Shown: positions 23,391 through 35,597 of the stretch, piece by piece
Layout: each line of letters starts with the position of its first letter
Numbering within the stretch: position 1 is the first letter of the stretch
DNA from: Takakia lepidozioides
Taxonomy: Eukaryota; Plantae; Bryophyta
Assembly (NCBI GenBank): GCA_030704615.1
Contig: CM060734.1
Coordinates: 39,990,001 to 40,054,000 of the forward strand
Reading direction: 5' to 3'
DNA length: 64,000 nucleotides
Program-made: the position numbers and the translations under genes
Notes under the pieces: generated by a model
Seen by the model: only the letters and a program-made list of their open reading frames with translations
What the model was told of the DNA's origin: nothing
Databases searched by the model: none

Positions 23391-26300
23391 TGTAGTGTGA
23401 ATGCAGGGGAGTGACATTACATTGTGGCTTCACCGTTAAGACCCTGCATCACTATAATGGGAGGGCCCTCATACCAACTGCAAGAGGGATATATCCCTCC
23501 ATACAGGTAATTTTGTGGGCATACTGTACTCTTGCTTTGCCAAAATAAAAATGGCTAAGTCGTGACCATGCATTTTTCATCCATGCGATGAACGTTTTCG
23601 TCACTGATGCTCAACCTAAAATCCGCGAGGAAGGAAGAACGAAGAGGAAGGTGACGGGCGATTCGTAGCAGCTGCCGCGAGCTGTGGTGTTGACAGGGCA
23701 GTCTGTGTTGAGAGGTTGTACCTGCGCTGTGGGACTTCGCTTGGTTTAGAGGGCAGCATTAAGTGCCTCTGCTTGGTATTCTGTGTAAAGGGAAGCGGTG
23801 CCGTCTTTCTCGTTGTGATGATCAATTCATGGAGATAGGAGCATGTAAGGAGAGCGGCGCACCACCGCTGCCGCCACTGTCTTGAAGATGACAGTTATGG
23901 GCAGATGAGCAAGCAAGGAGAACGGCCACCTGCCAGAAGCACAAGGAAGAGAATCTGAGCACAATCAATGGAGGCGATAAGGCATGTGGAGTGCTGGCTG
24001 GATGGCAACACAGGTTATCTGTAATCAGGCTTCTAGCTGCCTTTTTGTCTTCGTGCTATAGGTCCATTTCAGTTCTTAAAGAGCTACATGCATAGAAGAA
24101 TAGAGCAATTTAGTTGGCAAACCACAGGATGCTCCATAGGATGATGAGGAGACATCATGGCATGATAAACTCTGGAATCAAGACAAGGAGAAAAGGTTGT
24201 GGTGGCTGCTGACAGGCGATGGTGAGGTGCCATCTCGGCAGGCTGACCCACCGCTTCACTGGAGGATAAAAACAGATAAGTTGGTAGACTGTGGGCTTCT
24301 TCTTTTGGCGGACTTAGAAATCGCTTTTGGTAGATTTAGGACTGCCCTGGTTGTTGAAAGGAAAGGGTGGAGACATGTGATAGAGGAAAGGTTTTTGGAA
24401 ATGGAATGGAGACTCTGGACTTCAAACCAGAACATGGAAGGAATGGATACTCTTCCTCCACCCATTCCATCAGATCTGCCCAAGACTCCTTGTCATCTTC
24501 GTCTCTCAAGACACTCACTTCACAGGTTGTACCACTAATCCTTGGTGAGTTGGCAACACTATGCCCATACTCCCCAAGCATGTCTTGATCTACATGTGCC
24601 TTTGTAGAAGACCTTAGGATCTGCACAGGAACTTGCAATCTAGGTGCACACTCTTCATTGACACCTGATTGACTCTCTGTTGAACAAAAGATATCTTCCA
24701 AGATCTCTTCTTCCACATCACAAAACACATTCACAACGTTTGTGCCAAGAGAGCTTACACATTCGAATTCCATCCTTCTGCTGTCACCAACTCGCCAAGG
24801 ATTGGTGGTACAACCTGTGAAGTGAGTGTCTTGAGAGACGAAGATGACAAGGAGTCTTGGGCAGATCTGATGGGATGGGTAGAGGAAGAGTGTACATTGC
24901 TCGCTCAAACGAGAAAGGGTCTGGATCAAGATGCACCTCTGGAATCAGACATAAAGGATGCACAGTTGGAGATAGAGCAAGACATGCGGAAAAAATGTGG
25001 AACCAAGCAAGAGTTAGAAGCAAGGGATGATTGTCTTGATCATGATACCGCCACCACACCAATATACAGAAATCTTGATGTCATCAACGACAACGTGCAA
25101 GGGTTGTGTGGTCAAAATTTATTGAGTGAAGAAGAGTTCAGAAGTAGGAAGTTTCAGTTGCACGACCAATGCTATGTAGATGGGCAGGTCACTGCCTTTT
25201 GTTCATCCAAGAAGGGTCATATGGAGTGTAAAGAAAGACACACATGTGGACACCAATTGGGAATGGGAGGAGTGAGATGTGCGCAATGCAAGACAAAGGA
25301 GGACAATGAACCTGAATACAAAAGGAGTTCGGAACACTCAAGTAAAGGAGGACATACGACCAATATAGCACATGAGAAGGATGACAAGGAAGATGGTATG
25401 TCTAAGTGGATGTTGGTTGAGTGCACAAGAGACATCAGCTTGCATGACAACTTGGGATCAGATGTGAGTCCGCTGAAATCACCAGTTCGTGCCAAAAGCC
25501 AGAGTGTCTCTCCAGCCCTTGAAACTGTAGATGTTGATACAAGGAAACTTGAATTCCCACCCACAAAACAAAGGATGGGAGATTTGAGTACCGTTCACAA
25601 GAAAGATTTGGAATCTTCTCACGGTTCAACACTCTTGTTGTGGAAAATGGGGAAACTAGCAGCAAAGTTTGACTCTCTTAGAGAGATGCATCTTGGGATG
25701 GAGAGGATGCATAGGGATCAGAAAGAGAAGGTTGGCCTTTCTGCTGAGAAGACCCTGGTTGACCTGATAACGTTCAGAGATCAGCCAATGAACTATGCCC
25801 AGCAAAGGGTATGGGATCCGGGTACACGAGGACATCTGAGAATGCTCAGTGCAAGCTCAAGCATTAAAGTGAAGGAGCTGCATGTCTTGTATGGGAGGCA
25901 GCTCATGACAAGTCATGTCTCTGTAGAGAGTAATCTGCAGCCTATGGAGCTGAAAAAACAAGAGCAGAGCAGCTCTGGAACAACCGCTCCACCAAGTGAC
26001 AGTTTAATTGAGGAAAGAAGTGGAGAAGGTTGTGAAAAGGGTGACTCGGTGGTGCTGTATGAAGGAGAGATGAAGGTAATGTGCCATCATCCCCAAGCAT
26101 ACCTAGATCATTGGCATCACATGGGTGCTAATGGCCTTGAAGAGTGCTTTGACATTGTAACTGAAGGAGCTAAGGCTATGCCAGCAGATGCAATTCAGAG
26201 AGGCAATGAGCTTTCTACAGATGCTGGAGATGAAGGAGAGAAGCCCAAACAGGTGACGTTCCTGTGTGTGTTGAATGCATGTGCGAACCTGGCAGACCGG

Positions 26301-28587
26301 GTAAAAGGCGAAGAGGTCCATGGTGACAGTATCAAATCTGGTATTGCACCAGATATCATTATGGAGACTGCCATTGTTGACAGGTATGCCAAACGTGGGA
26401 GCATGAATGCACAACATGTGTGTGACAATATGTCTCACAGAAAAGTGGGGCCATGGAGAGTAATGATTGCATGTTATGCCCAGCATGGCTCTGAAGCACA
26501 GACCCTGCAACTGTTTGAACAAATGGAGCAGGAAGGTATGCCACCCAATCTGCTCTCATGGAGTGCAATGATTTCAGGATATGCCCAGCATGGTTGTGAA
26601 ATTCAGGCTCAGGAGATGGATGGGCAGTTGATGTGGGAGGCTATGAAGCCTACCCATGTCACGATCACTTCTACTTGCAAGGCATACACCAGCCCTGAAT
26701 CTCTTAAAGAGGGCAGGCTGGTTGAAAGGGAAGAAGGAAGGCATGGTAACCAGAGGGTTGCCCATGACTTGCCACCAACAATGCAAATGAAATTGCAGCC
26801 TGCTGTTGAGGACAACCTGCATGCAGGAAATGAGGCAGTACGAAAGGCGCAAGTGTCGATGGGAGCACAAGTGGAAGCTGAGATTCAAAACAAGGAGCCA
26901 GGGAGCAACAACAAAATTGGGAAACGCTGGTTTGTGTGGGAAGGAGATCAGGACCTGCCTGGCATGAACTACAAGAAGAGGAAGAAGGCATTGTCACAAA
27001 TTGGATTTGCTCTGGCCGGCGGAACAAATGGACAGCCGGGACACTGTCACTTAAACAAGAGAGGCTGGACGACGATGCAAGCTCAGGGATGGAGCACGAA
27101 AACTGTGGCCAGGGAAGAAGGCCATGAAATTGGCATGATGAGTTGCATGGAAACCAGGTGGTGGTGTCAGTTTGAGAACAACCCTGCTCGCACCAGCCAG
27201 ACAGAAGTGGTCATGAAGATCATGAGCAGAGAGGGGTTTCCCTTTGCTGAAGGCCAAGGCATGACAATCAAAAACAATATTATGAACGGACCTCTCCAAG
27301 ATATCTGGAGCAGAAACAGAAGGGGAATTAACACAATGTACCTGTTGGGAGTACCTTATGATCCTGGAAGGGAAGCTGCACGCAAATGCAGGCTAAGAGA
27401 TGGGGCAAACAAGGAATGGGTAAGAAGTAGGCGGGATTTGAAACCATTCATACCACCAATGGGTGGTCAGCCAGTGAAGGTGGTCAGTGAGGACCCTGAC
27501 ACTTAAAAAGGGAGACACACTACATATGTAGTGTGAATGCAGGGGAGTGACATTACATTGTGGCTTCACCGTTAAGACCCTGCATCACTATAATGGGAGG
27601 GCCCTCATACCAACTGCAAGAGGGATATATCCCTCCATACAGGTAATTTTGTGGGCATACTGTACTCTTGCTTTGCCAAAATAAAAATGGCTAAGTCGTG
27701 ACCATGCATTTTTCATCCATGCGATGAACGTTTTCGTCACTGATGCTCAACCTAAAATCCGCGAGGAAGGAAGAACGAAGAGGAAGGTGACGGGCGATTC
27801 GTAGCAGCTGCCGCGAGCTGTGGTGTTGACAGGGCAGTCTGTGTTGAGAGGTTGTACCTGCGCTGTGGGACTTCGCTTGGTTTAGAGGGCAGCATTAAGT
27901 GCCTCTGCTTGGTATTCTGTGTAAAGGGAAGCGGTGCCGTCTTTCTCGTTGTGATGATCAATTCATGGAGATAGGAGCATGTAAGGAGAGCGGCGCACCA
28001 CCGCTGCCGCCACTGTCTTGAAGATGACAGTTATGGGCAGATGAGCAAGCAAGGAGAACGGCCACCTGCCAGAAGCACAAGGAAGAGAATCTGAGCACAA
28101 TCAATGGAGGCGATAAGGCATGTGGAGTGCTGGCTGGATGGCAACACAGGTTATCTGTAATCAGGCTTCTAGCTGCCTTTTTGTCTTCGTGCTATAGGTC
28201 CATTTCAGTTCTTAAAGAGCTACATGCATAGAAGAATAGAGCAATTTAGTTGGCAAACCACAGGATGCTCCATAGGATGATGAGGAGACATCATGGCATG
28301 ATAAACTCTGGAATCAAGACAAGGAGAAAAGGTTGTGGTGGCTGCTGACAGGCGATGGTGAGGTGCCATCTCGGCAGGCTGACCCACCGCTTCACTGGAG
28401 GATAAAAACAGATAAGTTGGTAGACTGTGGGCTTCTTCTTTTGGCGGACTTAGAAATCGCTTTTGGTAGATTTAGGACTGCCCTGGTTGTTGAAAGGAAA
28501 GGGTGGAGACATGTGATAGAGGAAAGGTTTTTGGAAATGGAATGGAGACTCTGGACTTCAAACCAGAACATGGAAGGAATGGATACA
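23391..28587 (+). mobile_element. Non-autonomous LTR-like element with ~1060-bp direct repeats (23391-24450 and 27527-28586)
   Basis: Repeats start TGTAGTGTG and look identical (offset 4136). A purine tract AAAAAGGGAGA precedes the right repeat. No PBS or TSD found. Confidence 0.65.
24822..27506 (+). CDS. 894-aa chimeric ORF containing degenerate PLS-class PPR repeats (about 26235-26730)
   Basis: KPKQVTFLCVLNACANL, TAIVDRYAKRGS, WRVMIACYAQHG, PNLLSWSAMISGYAQHG, KPTHVTITSTCKAY. Remainder is low-complexity and charged. Ends just before the purine tract. Confidence 0.6.
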   Translation: MSVLRDEDDKESWADLMGWVEEECTLLAQTRKGLDQDAPLESDIKDAQLEIEQDMRKKCGTKQELEARDDCLDHDTATTPIYRNLDVINDNVQGLCGQNLLSEEEFRSRKFQLHDQCYVDGQVTAFCSSKKGHMECKERHTCGHQLGMGGVRCAQCKTKEDNEPEYKRSSEHSSKGGHTTNIAHEKDDKEDGMSKWMLVECTRDISLHDNLGSDVSPLKSPVRAKSQSVSPALETVDVDTRKLEFPPTKQRMGDLSTVHKKDLESSHGSTLLLWKMGKLAAKFDSLREMHLGMERMHRDQKEKVGLSAEKTLVDLITFRDQPMNYAQQRVWDPGTRGHLRMLSASSSIKVKELHVLYGRQLMTSHVSVESNLQPMELKKQEQSSSGTTAPPSDSLIEERSGEGCEKGDSVVLYEGEMKVMCHHPQAYLDHWHHMGANGLEECFDIVTEGAKAMPADAIQRGNELSTDAGDEGEKPKQVTFLCVLNACANLADRVKGEEVHGDSIKSGIAPDIIMETAIVDRYAKRGSMNAQHVCDNMSHRKVGPWRVMIACYAQHGSEAQTLQLFEQMEQEGMPPNLLSWSAMISGYAQHGCEIQAQEMDGQLMWEAMKPTHVTITSTCKAYTSPESLKEGRLVEREEGRHGNQRVAHDLPPTMQMKLQPAVEDNLHAGNEAVRKAQVSMGAQVEAEIQNKEPGSNNKIGKRWFVWEGDQDLPGMNYKKRKKALSQIGFALAGGTNGQPGHCHLNKRGWTTMQAQGWSTKTVAREEGHEIGMMSCMETRWWCQFENNPARTSQTEVVMKIMSREGFPFAEGQGMTIKNNIMNGPLQDIWSRNRRGINTMYLLGVPYDPGREAARKCRLRDGANKEWVRSRRDLKPFIPPMGGQPVKVVSEDPDT

Positions 28588-29167
28588 CTTGCCGTCGTAG
28601 TGTCAGTAAGAAAAATGAGTGAAGAGAGAGAGAGAGAGACTGTTGTCACAAAAAACAGAATGGTCACTGTTGTCTTCATTCTTGTTCTTGTTTCAGTGTT
28701 GCTGGGGGGTAGTGATACACTGGACCCAATGTAGATATAGCTTGTTTACTTGGAGAGATAACTGAGGGTTAGCTGGAACTGTATGAAAACACAAAAGGGA
28801 TAAGGTGTGATTTCAGCATTGTATCAGGATATGAACGACTTAAGCCCTTTTGTTGAAAGGAAAAGAGAGATGTTGGGGTATTCAGGTTGAATCTGAAGAA
28901 GGGATGAGAGCTGTTTTGGGAAATGGGATCTTTTAAAAGAAAGGGGTAGTGTGAAGGGTTGAGTATTGACGGAGAGAAGAGAGAGAGAGAGAGATAGAGA
29001 GACTGATGAAAGGGATGGTTTTGCCTTGTGAGACCAAGGATGACTTCATGGCTGGCTGCACTGGATGCCTGGCGGAGTGTGCATTTGCATTACGTGATAG
29101 ATGGGCTGTATGTGAAGAAGTAAGGAGCCTGTAGACATAGACAGAGATAGAGAAACAGACGAGAAAA

Positions 29168-29171
<4 letters not shown>

Positions 29172-29203
<32 letters not shown>
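29172..29203 (+). repeat. (AG)n microsatellite
   Basis: About 16 AG units; shorter GA runs at 28620 and 28975. Confidence 0.9.
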
Positions 29204-29208
<5 letters not shown>

Positions 29209-29655
29209 GCTGCTCAGCAAAAGGGGTTGATGGGGGGATGGCCAACTTGGGGAGATTGAGATGAAGAAAGCATGAATCTTGAAGGAAAACCAGTGCCCCT
29301 GCAGTTTATGAAGATCTGAGCTGTCTCCCTCTAAATCTGTGTCACCATTACAAAAAGGGATTTCCGACATGTCACTGCTCAAGGGGGTTCACATTAAGGG
29401 TCGTATTCACCGCTGCCATTGGGCTGCTTGCATCACATAAAAGATCACGCCAACACTGTTGGCGCAGTGAGCATAGGGCCAGGCTGTTGCATAGAAGTAG
29501 ATTCGAGGGCAAGAACAAACCAAAGACTCCCATCCATGTCTTCTCTTCCGCTGCGGCGTGGATGAGGATTCCGCAAACTCTGATCACGAACAAACCTGAA
29601 GGAAAAACCCATATAGCCTCATGACGATGGTTGGACAGAAAAGAGAATCCGGAAA

Positions 29656-32600
29656 TTGAACATGACTCGGGCGACCACGGAGGTGTCAGAAGATACCATC
29701 AGTCGCTTGGTGGAAGCGGTGGTCGCCAGGACTTGCAAGGTAGGCAAATTTTCTTGTGAGTTGTATCAGGAAACTGGCGCCTTACGAAAAGGGAGTCAGT
29801 TATTGTTCGTGGATGGGATAATATCCGGAACTAATGTGTCGTTGTTGGTGGACACAGGAGCGTCGCACTCCTTCATGACACCGGCAATGGCACAAAAGCT
29901 GGGACTCCCGACAAGTGACGTGGGGGCCTCTATTGAGGTGCGTTCTGCCAAAGGAGAACCACAGTTGGCGACAAGGTTGGCGTTTGATGTTCCTCTTCAA
30001 CTGGGGAGTTGGGAGGGACGTGAGAACTTCACCATCTGCGAGATCGATGGAGTGGATCTCATTTTGGGGATGACCTTTTTGAGCAAATCCGGAGCGGTCA
30101 TAGATGGCCGCAAGAGAGTAGTCATGCTGCCATGTGGGAATGGTGGCGAGGTTTTACGAGTGTCGGAAACGCCCAGATCCATGGGAGGGCGAATAAACCT
30201 TCTGTCAGCAAAGGAGTGGGCCGTGGAGAAGGCACACGAACCCCAGTTTTTGCTTTACATTAGAGAAGTGAAGGGAGAAGGCGATGGGGAGCCGAGCCCA
30301 GATTGGATCAAGGGGATTTTGGAGAAATACCAGGATGTGATGCCGGAGGATTTACCAAGCGGCTTGCCACCGCGAAGAGGAGTTGACCACAAGATTGAGG
30401 TGATACCGGGATCGGAACCGCCTGCCAAGGCGCACTGTGGCTGGTACCTTGACTGCCCACCAGAGCACACGACCTTTCAAGAAATATTTGAACAATAATG
30501 CTGAGATGCGGTTGAGCCACAGAGAGTTGGTCGAGTTGAAGACTCAGCTCAAGGATCTAATGTCAAAGGGGTACATCCGGCCGCATAAGTCACCTTACGG
30601 AGCCCCGGTGCTATTCGCAGACAAGAAGGATGGGACGCTGCGGATGTGTGTCGATTACAGGGCTTTGAATAAGGTGACTATTAAAAACCGGTATCATTTG
30701 CCAAGGATCGACGACCTTTTCAACCGGTTGGCAGGAGCGAAGTATTTCAGCCGGATCGACTTGCGCTCCGGCTATCATCAAATTCGGGTGGCGGAAGGAG
30801 ATGAGGAGAAGACCGCGTGCAGGACAAGGTATGGTTCATATGAGTTCTTGGTGATGCCTTTTGGGCTCACCAATGCACCAGCGACATTTAGCACGCTGAT
30901 GAACAGCCTTTTCCAGGAGTGGTTGGATGACTTTGTGATCGTGTACATCGACGACATTTTGGTGTACTCGAAAACAAAGGAGGAGCACCTGGAGCACCTC
31001 AAAAGGGTGTTCCAAAAATTGCGGGAATGGAAGCTGTATGCCAAAGCTTCAAAGTGCGAATTCGGGGTCACAAAAGTGGAGTTCCTGGGGCATGTGATTA
31101 CACAGGATGGGATCAAAATGGATGACAGAAATGTGAGGGCAATCTTGGACTGGGAGCCTCCGACTTCGGTCCCGGGAGTGCGATCATTCCTTGGACTCGC
31201 CTCCTATTACCGGAAGTATGTGAGAAATTTTGCCAAGATCGCGGGGCCGTTGTCAGACCTTCTGTGTAAATCCAAAGTCTGGGCATGGAACACTTTTTGT
31301 GGCCAAGCTTTCGCTGAATTGAAGCAACGGATGGCGGAAGCTCCAGTCTTGAAAATCCCGGAGTTCGATCGTCCGTTCGTGATACATACAGATGCGTCGG
31401 ACTTCGTGATTGGGGGTGTACTTATGCAAGATGGACGTCCAGTGGCTTACGAAAGTAAGAAACTGAATGAAGTGGAGCGACGGTGGCCGACGCACGAAAA
31501 AGAGATGAAGGCGGTGGTGCAGTGTCTTGAGCTTTGGCGCCACTATGTTGGTTCCAACCCAGTGAAGGTGTTCACGGACAATGTCACGGTGAAGTATTTT
31601 GCCACGCAGCCCAAGTTGTCCCAAAACAACTTAGGTGGCAAGATACTTTGGCGGTGTTCGACGTGGATATCCAGTACAAACCGGGACGAGACAACGTGGT
31701 GGCCGATGCTTTAAGTAGAAAACAGCAGCTCTTGTTGGTGTACAAGGGCGAGACGGCGCTCCAAAGGAAGATCCGGAAGGCTTGCCGGAAGGATGAGCTG
31801 GCGAAGTCCGTGATGCAGGACTTGAGGATGGGGGTTAAATCGCAGTTCCACTTGCAAATGGACTACTCCGGTATAAGCAAAAACGTCTCTACGTGCCAAA
31901 GGGAGGATCAGAGATAGCCTCTTGAGAGAATGCCATGATAGCCCGCTTGCGGGCCACGGCGGAGCCAAGCGCACTGCGGCACTCTTGAAAAAAGAGTATT
32001 TCTGGCCCAAACTGAGGGAGGAGGCAGAGGAGTATGTCAAGACATGCACCACATGCCAACAAAACCGGAGCGAGTACAAAAAGCAAGCGGGGCTGTTACA
32101 ACCCTTGCCGATTCCAGAGGGGACTTGGGAAAGCGTCTCGATGGATTTCATGACTGCTATGCCGCTGTCAAAAGGATTCGATGCAATCATGGTGGTGGTA
32201 GATAGGTTCAGTAAAATGGGCCATTTCATCCCCACCAAGGAGACGGCAACGGCGCAGGAGACAGGGCGACTTTACTTCGCCCACGTCTTAAAGCATCATG
32301 GAGTCCCGAAGGATATTGTCTCGGACCGCGATCCAAAGTTTACGAGTAAATTCTGGAGAGCACTTTGGAAGAAGATGGGACGAGGCTGAAGATGAGTACC
32401 GCCTTCCGACCTACGACCGACGGCCAAACAGAAAGGGTGAATTCCGTAGTGAAGCAGATCTTGCGGAATTACGTGTCGGCAGACCAAACAGACTGGGTGG
32501 AACACTTAGACGCGGCAGAGTTATGTTATAATAACACAGAACACTCCGCAACGGGAGTTTTCCCTTTCGTATTGGTCTATGGAAAAGCACCTCTGGTGCC

Positions 32601-33241
32601 GACAAGTTGGGCCGCCCAGGACGTTGAGGAACCGGCAGTAGCGGCAGTACTGGAAGTACGCGAGCGTTTGTTGAAGCTCGCAAAGTACAACATTGCCAAA
32701 GCTAGGAAACGGTATGAAAGGCAGGCGAATCGGAAGCGGAGAGAAGTGAAGTTTGAGGCAGGCACAGAGGTCTGGTTGAACATCAAGAATTTCCGACTAC
32801 CTCCGGAAGTGAGTCCGAAGTTTGTACCTCCGTATGCGGGACCCTTTCGCATTCGGAAGGTTATGAATGAGGATGTGTATGAATTGGAGCTGCCGGCAAA
32901 CAGCAAGGTGCATCCAGTATTCCATGTCTCCCTTTTGAAGCCTTACTTCAAAGATGAAGCGCGTCCGAATCGGCATCAAGTGTTGCGTCCGCCACCTATG
33001 CTGTTGGATCATGAAAATGAACCTGAGTACGAGGTGGAGGCAATACTTAAGTTGAGGAGGTTCAAGAACCGAGAAACTGAGTATCTCGTCAAATGGAAGG
33101 GCTATCATCATGTGGAGGCATCTTGGGTGCGTGCCTCAGAAATGGGAAACGCATCCGAGGCGGTTGCAGCTTTCGAAGGGCGACCTCAAAAGCGGAAGAA
33201 GCGTTGATGGGGACATCAACCTTGGAGCGTGGGGGAGGAAA
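29656..33241 (+). mobile_element. Chromovirus (Ty3/gypsy, tentatively Galadriel-like) pol: protease-RT-RNaseH-integrase-chromodomain plus PPT, frameshifted
   Basis: LVDTGASHSF; YIDDILVYS; HTDAS..IGGVL, AYESKKL; H-H-C-C zinc finger, SMDF, SDRD, DGQTER; YAGPF; chromodomain YEVEAIL...YLVKWKGY...SWV; PPT GGGGGAGGAAA at 33231-33241 followed by TG. Confidence 0.92.
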
Positions 33242-33489
33242 TGCATGCTTAGCCCGGCTTACCTAGCTTAGGAATCCGATTGCAAAAACTTGTATTGTAC
33301 CAAAACGTGCTATAAATGAAATGGATTCCAAATGTTGTGCGTCCTATTTTGTTTGGAATGGTGATGCATGGTATGGTTGGCTAGTGTGTAGAATGCATGC
33401 TAGCTTATAAAAGTGGGAGAGGTAAATTGGGTTAATCGTGTGTTTGCGTAGTGCCGAAATCGGGTGACCCCCATCCAAGGGGCAAGGAA

Positions 33490-34510
33490 ACTTGCGCCTT
33501 CTTTTCGTGCACTTCTTGGCCATGTGCCCGGGCTCCCCGCAATTGAAACACACTCCATCAAAGGTCGCCTTGACGCGTGAAGGCCCTCCCTTCGATTTCC
33601 ACGTGCCATTGTCGCCGCGTGGCCTATCCCACTTCTTTTCCGGTCGGAAGGAGTCACCTTCCCGCCGAATCTTCTTATGGTTCAGCTCCGTACGGCCTTG
33701 TCTTTCACCCCTAGGGACATCTGAGAAACATTCAGCCCTCTCAATAGCCTCGTTCAAAGTCTTGGGTGGCTTCTCCTCCAACTTCCGCCTGGCCCATGGG
33801 GCCAGTCCCGCCACAAAGTTGAAGACCATTTCTGGTTCTGCCATGTCCGCGACTTCGAGCAACAGCACATTGAAAGCCTGGACATACCCCCGAATGTCAT
33901 CTGTTTGCTTCAAATTCCTCTTGTCCCGGGCAAGCCAGGACGCGTTGAGAGGCACAAACTGTCTCTTCATCAATTCCTTGAACCCACTCCAGTCCAAGGT
34001 TTCCGGGCTTGGACCTCGGTCGTGAAGGCGTTTCTGCCACCATTGTTGAGCATAGCCCCTCAAATAGGTGGGAGCCACTTCCACCCGATCCTCGTCACTC
34101 AACTTGACCGCCCGGAAGTACTGCTCTAGCTCCAGGAGCTAGGTGTTGAGTGCCTTCCGATTTTGGACGCCCTCGAAGGTGTCGGGTTCCTAAGGCTTCA
34201 CCTTAAACTTTGCCTTAGTGGAAGTGGCATTAGCCGCCTTCAACACATCTTTCAACGTCCCGCCAAACTGCGCCAACAACCCTTCCCAAAAGGCTGCCGG
34301 CATGGGAGGCATCTCTTGGTTTGTCGAGCTCTCAAGGATTCCTCGGGCTCCGACTCTTCGGATTCCTCCCGCTCTTGAGCGGCCTCGTTTTCGGAAACAT
34401 TCATCGCTTCCTCAAACGGCCGCCTCGGTGACACGTCGCCCCCATCGGGCTCACCAGGATCATCATCTTTTGGGCCGTTCCGCTTTCGCTTCGGCTTGCC
34501 CGACCCCATG
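33490..34510 (-). mobile_element. Chromovirus gag (capsid plus CCHC zinc knuckle), frameshifted
   Basis: LEQYF..., YLRGYAQQWW, FVAGLAPWAR and CFNCGEPGHMAKKC. Lies downstream of the PBS on the minus strand. Confidence 0.88.
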
Positions 34511-34550
34511 ATGAGGCCAATCCCAAGGACGATCGCGTACTGAACTCTAA

Positions 34551-34562
34551 GCTCTGATACCA
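34551..34562 (-). other. Primer-binding site complementary to initiator tRNA-Met
   Basis: Minus strand TGGTATCAGAGC, 2 nt from the LTR end. Confidence 0.9.
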
Positions 34563-34564
34563 AG

Positions 34565-35287
34565 TGTCGCGCACCTCCCTTCGGTAAGCTCCCCATCAAG
34601 TCATAGTTACTCGCTTTGATGCGCGCGCCTGACTCCCAACCTGGCCGCCGGGCCAACTTGGAGCTTCGGCTGCTCACCGGGGCATAACGGTCCCCCTTTG
34701 TTGTCCCAAAGAACCCTCCACCGATTTGGAACCAGCGGGAATTTCCTTTGGTAGTTGGCAGTCCGGAACAGCTCCCCACTCTTTGGTCGCTTTCCGCCTC
34801 GCTCGCTTACTCACTAGTTTTTGGTCACCAACGGGCTTGCACCATTCTCGGGGTTACTACTCCCTATATATACTTCTGTAGCTGTCCGCGGGGGTTTCAC
34901 AACCAGCCATGCCATTTTATGGCGAACCACCACGAAGACCCTCGATTCCCGTTGTGAGTCGCGGTGAGTCTTGGCCCGCTCACCACGGCCCCTATGGACC
35001 GTGATGAGTCCCAAGACTCCCCATGACTCCCACCACGAGGTCTCCACCCCCATGGTGAGTCCTATGCCACCCCACTAAGTCCCACTAAGCTACCACCTCC
35101 CATTGTGGAGCCACCCCCACCGCAACCCGGTGTGCGGGGCTCCACCTAGTGAGCGCCTCCGCTTCCCTGAGTGCCTTGGGCACTCAAGGGTGCTTCAGCC
35201 CCCCATACCTATCGCTGCGCTGCCCCCACCACAGGGCAGCCCCTCATGTGTCCCTACCCCCTGCCCTCAAGGCAAAGGGCCGCGACA
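34565..35287 (-). mobile_element. Chromovirus 5' LTR (723 bp)
   Basis: TGTCGCG...CGCGACA termini, adjacent PBS, homology to 22678-23311 and 6039-6654. Confidence 0.9.
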
Positions 35288-35597
35288 AGTCGCCTTTACA
35301 GCTGCAGTTAGTTGGCCTGGAGAGTTGCTGGAAGGCAATGCCCATGCAGAGGATGTGCCACCTCCAGCAGAGCAGGATGACATGCATGGTGTGGCAGAGT
35401 TGCCTGCCATGGTTGCTCACACTCCATTGTGGGGTACGAGCAAGGATTTGCAGCAGGTTGCTGATCGACGGGTGCAACAAGCGTAGGTAGAGGCTTTTGT
35501 ACCGTCAGGAGAGGAGGAGAGTGCGGGTATTGCACCAGGACCACCTCAGTTGTCACCATTGGATACCACACCTATTGTGTGGCAGTATCCGGATGAA

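Noticed and set aside
23386-28592. Target-site duplication for the PPR-carrying element
   Set aside because: Flanks cgtcc and cttgc do not match, so the boundaries remain unproven.
28933-29593. Captured host exons on the minus strand
   Set aside because: A splice-acceptor-like site exists, but no frame gives a recognisable protein and the ORFs span GA microsatellites.
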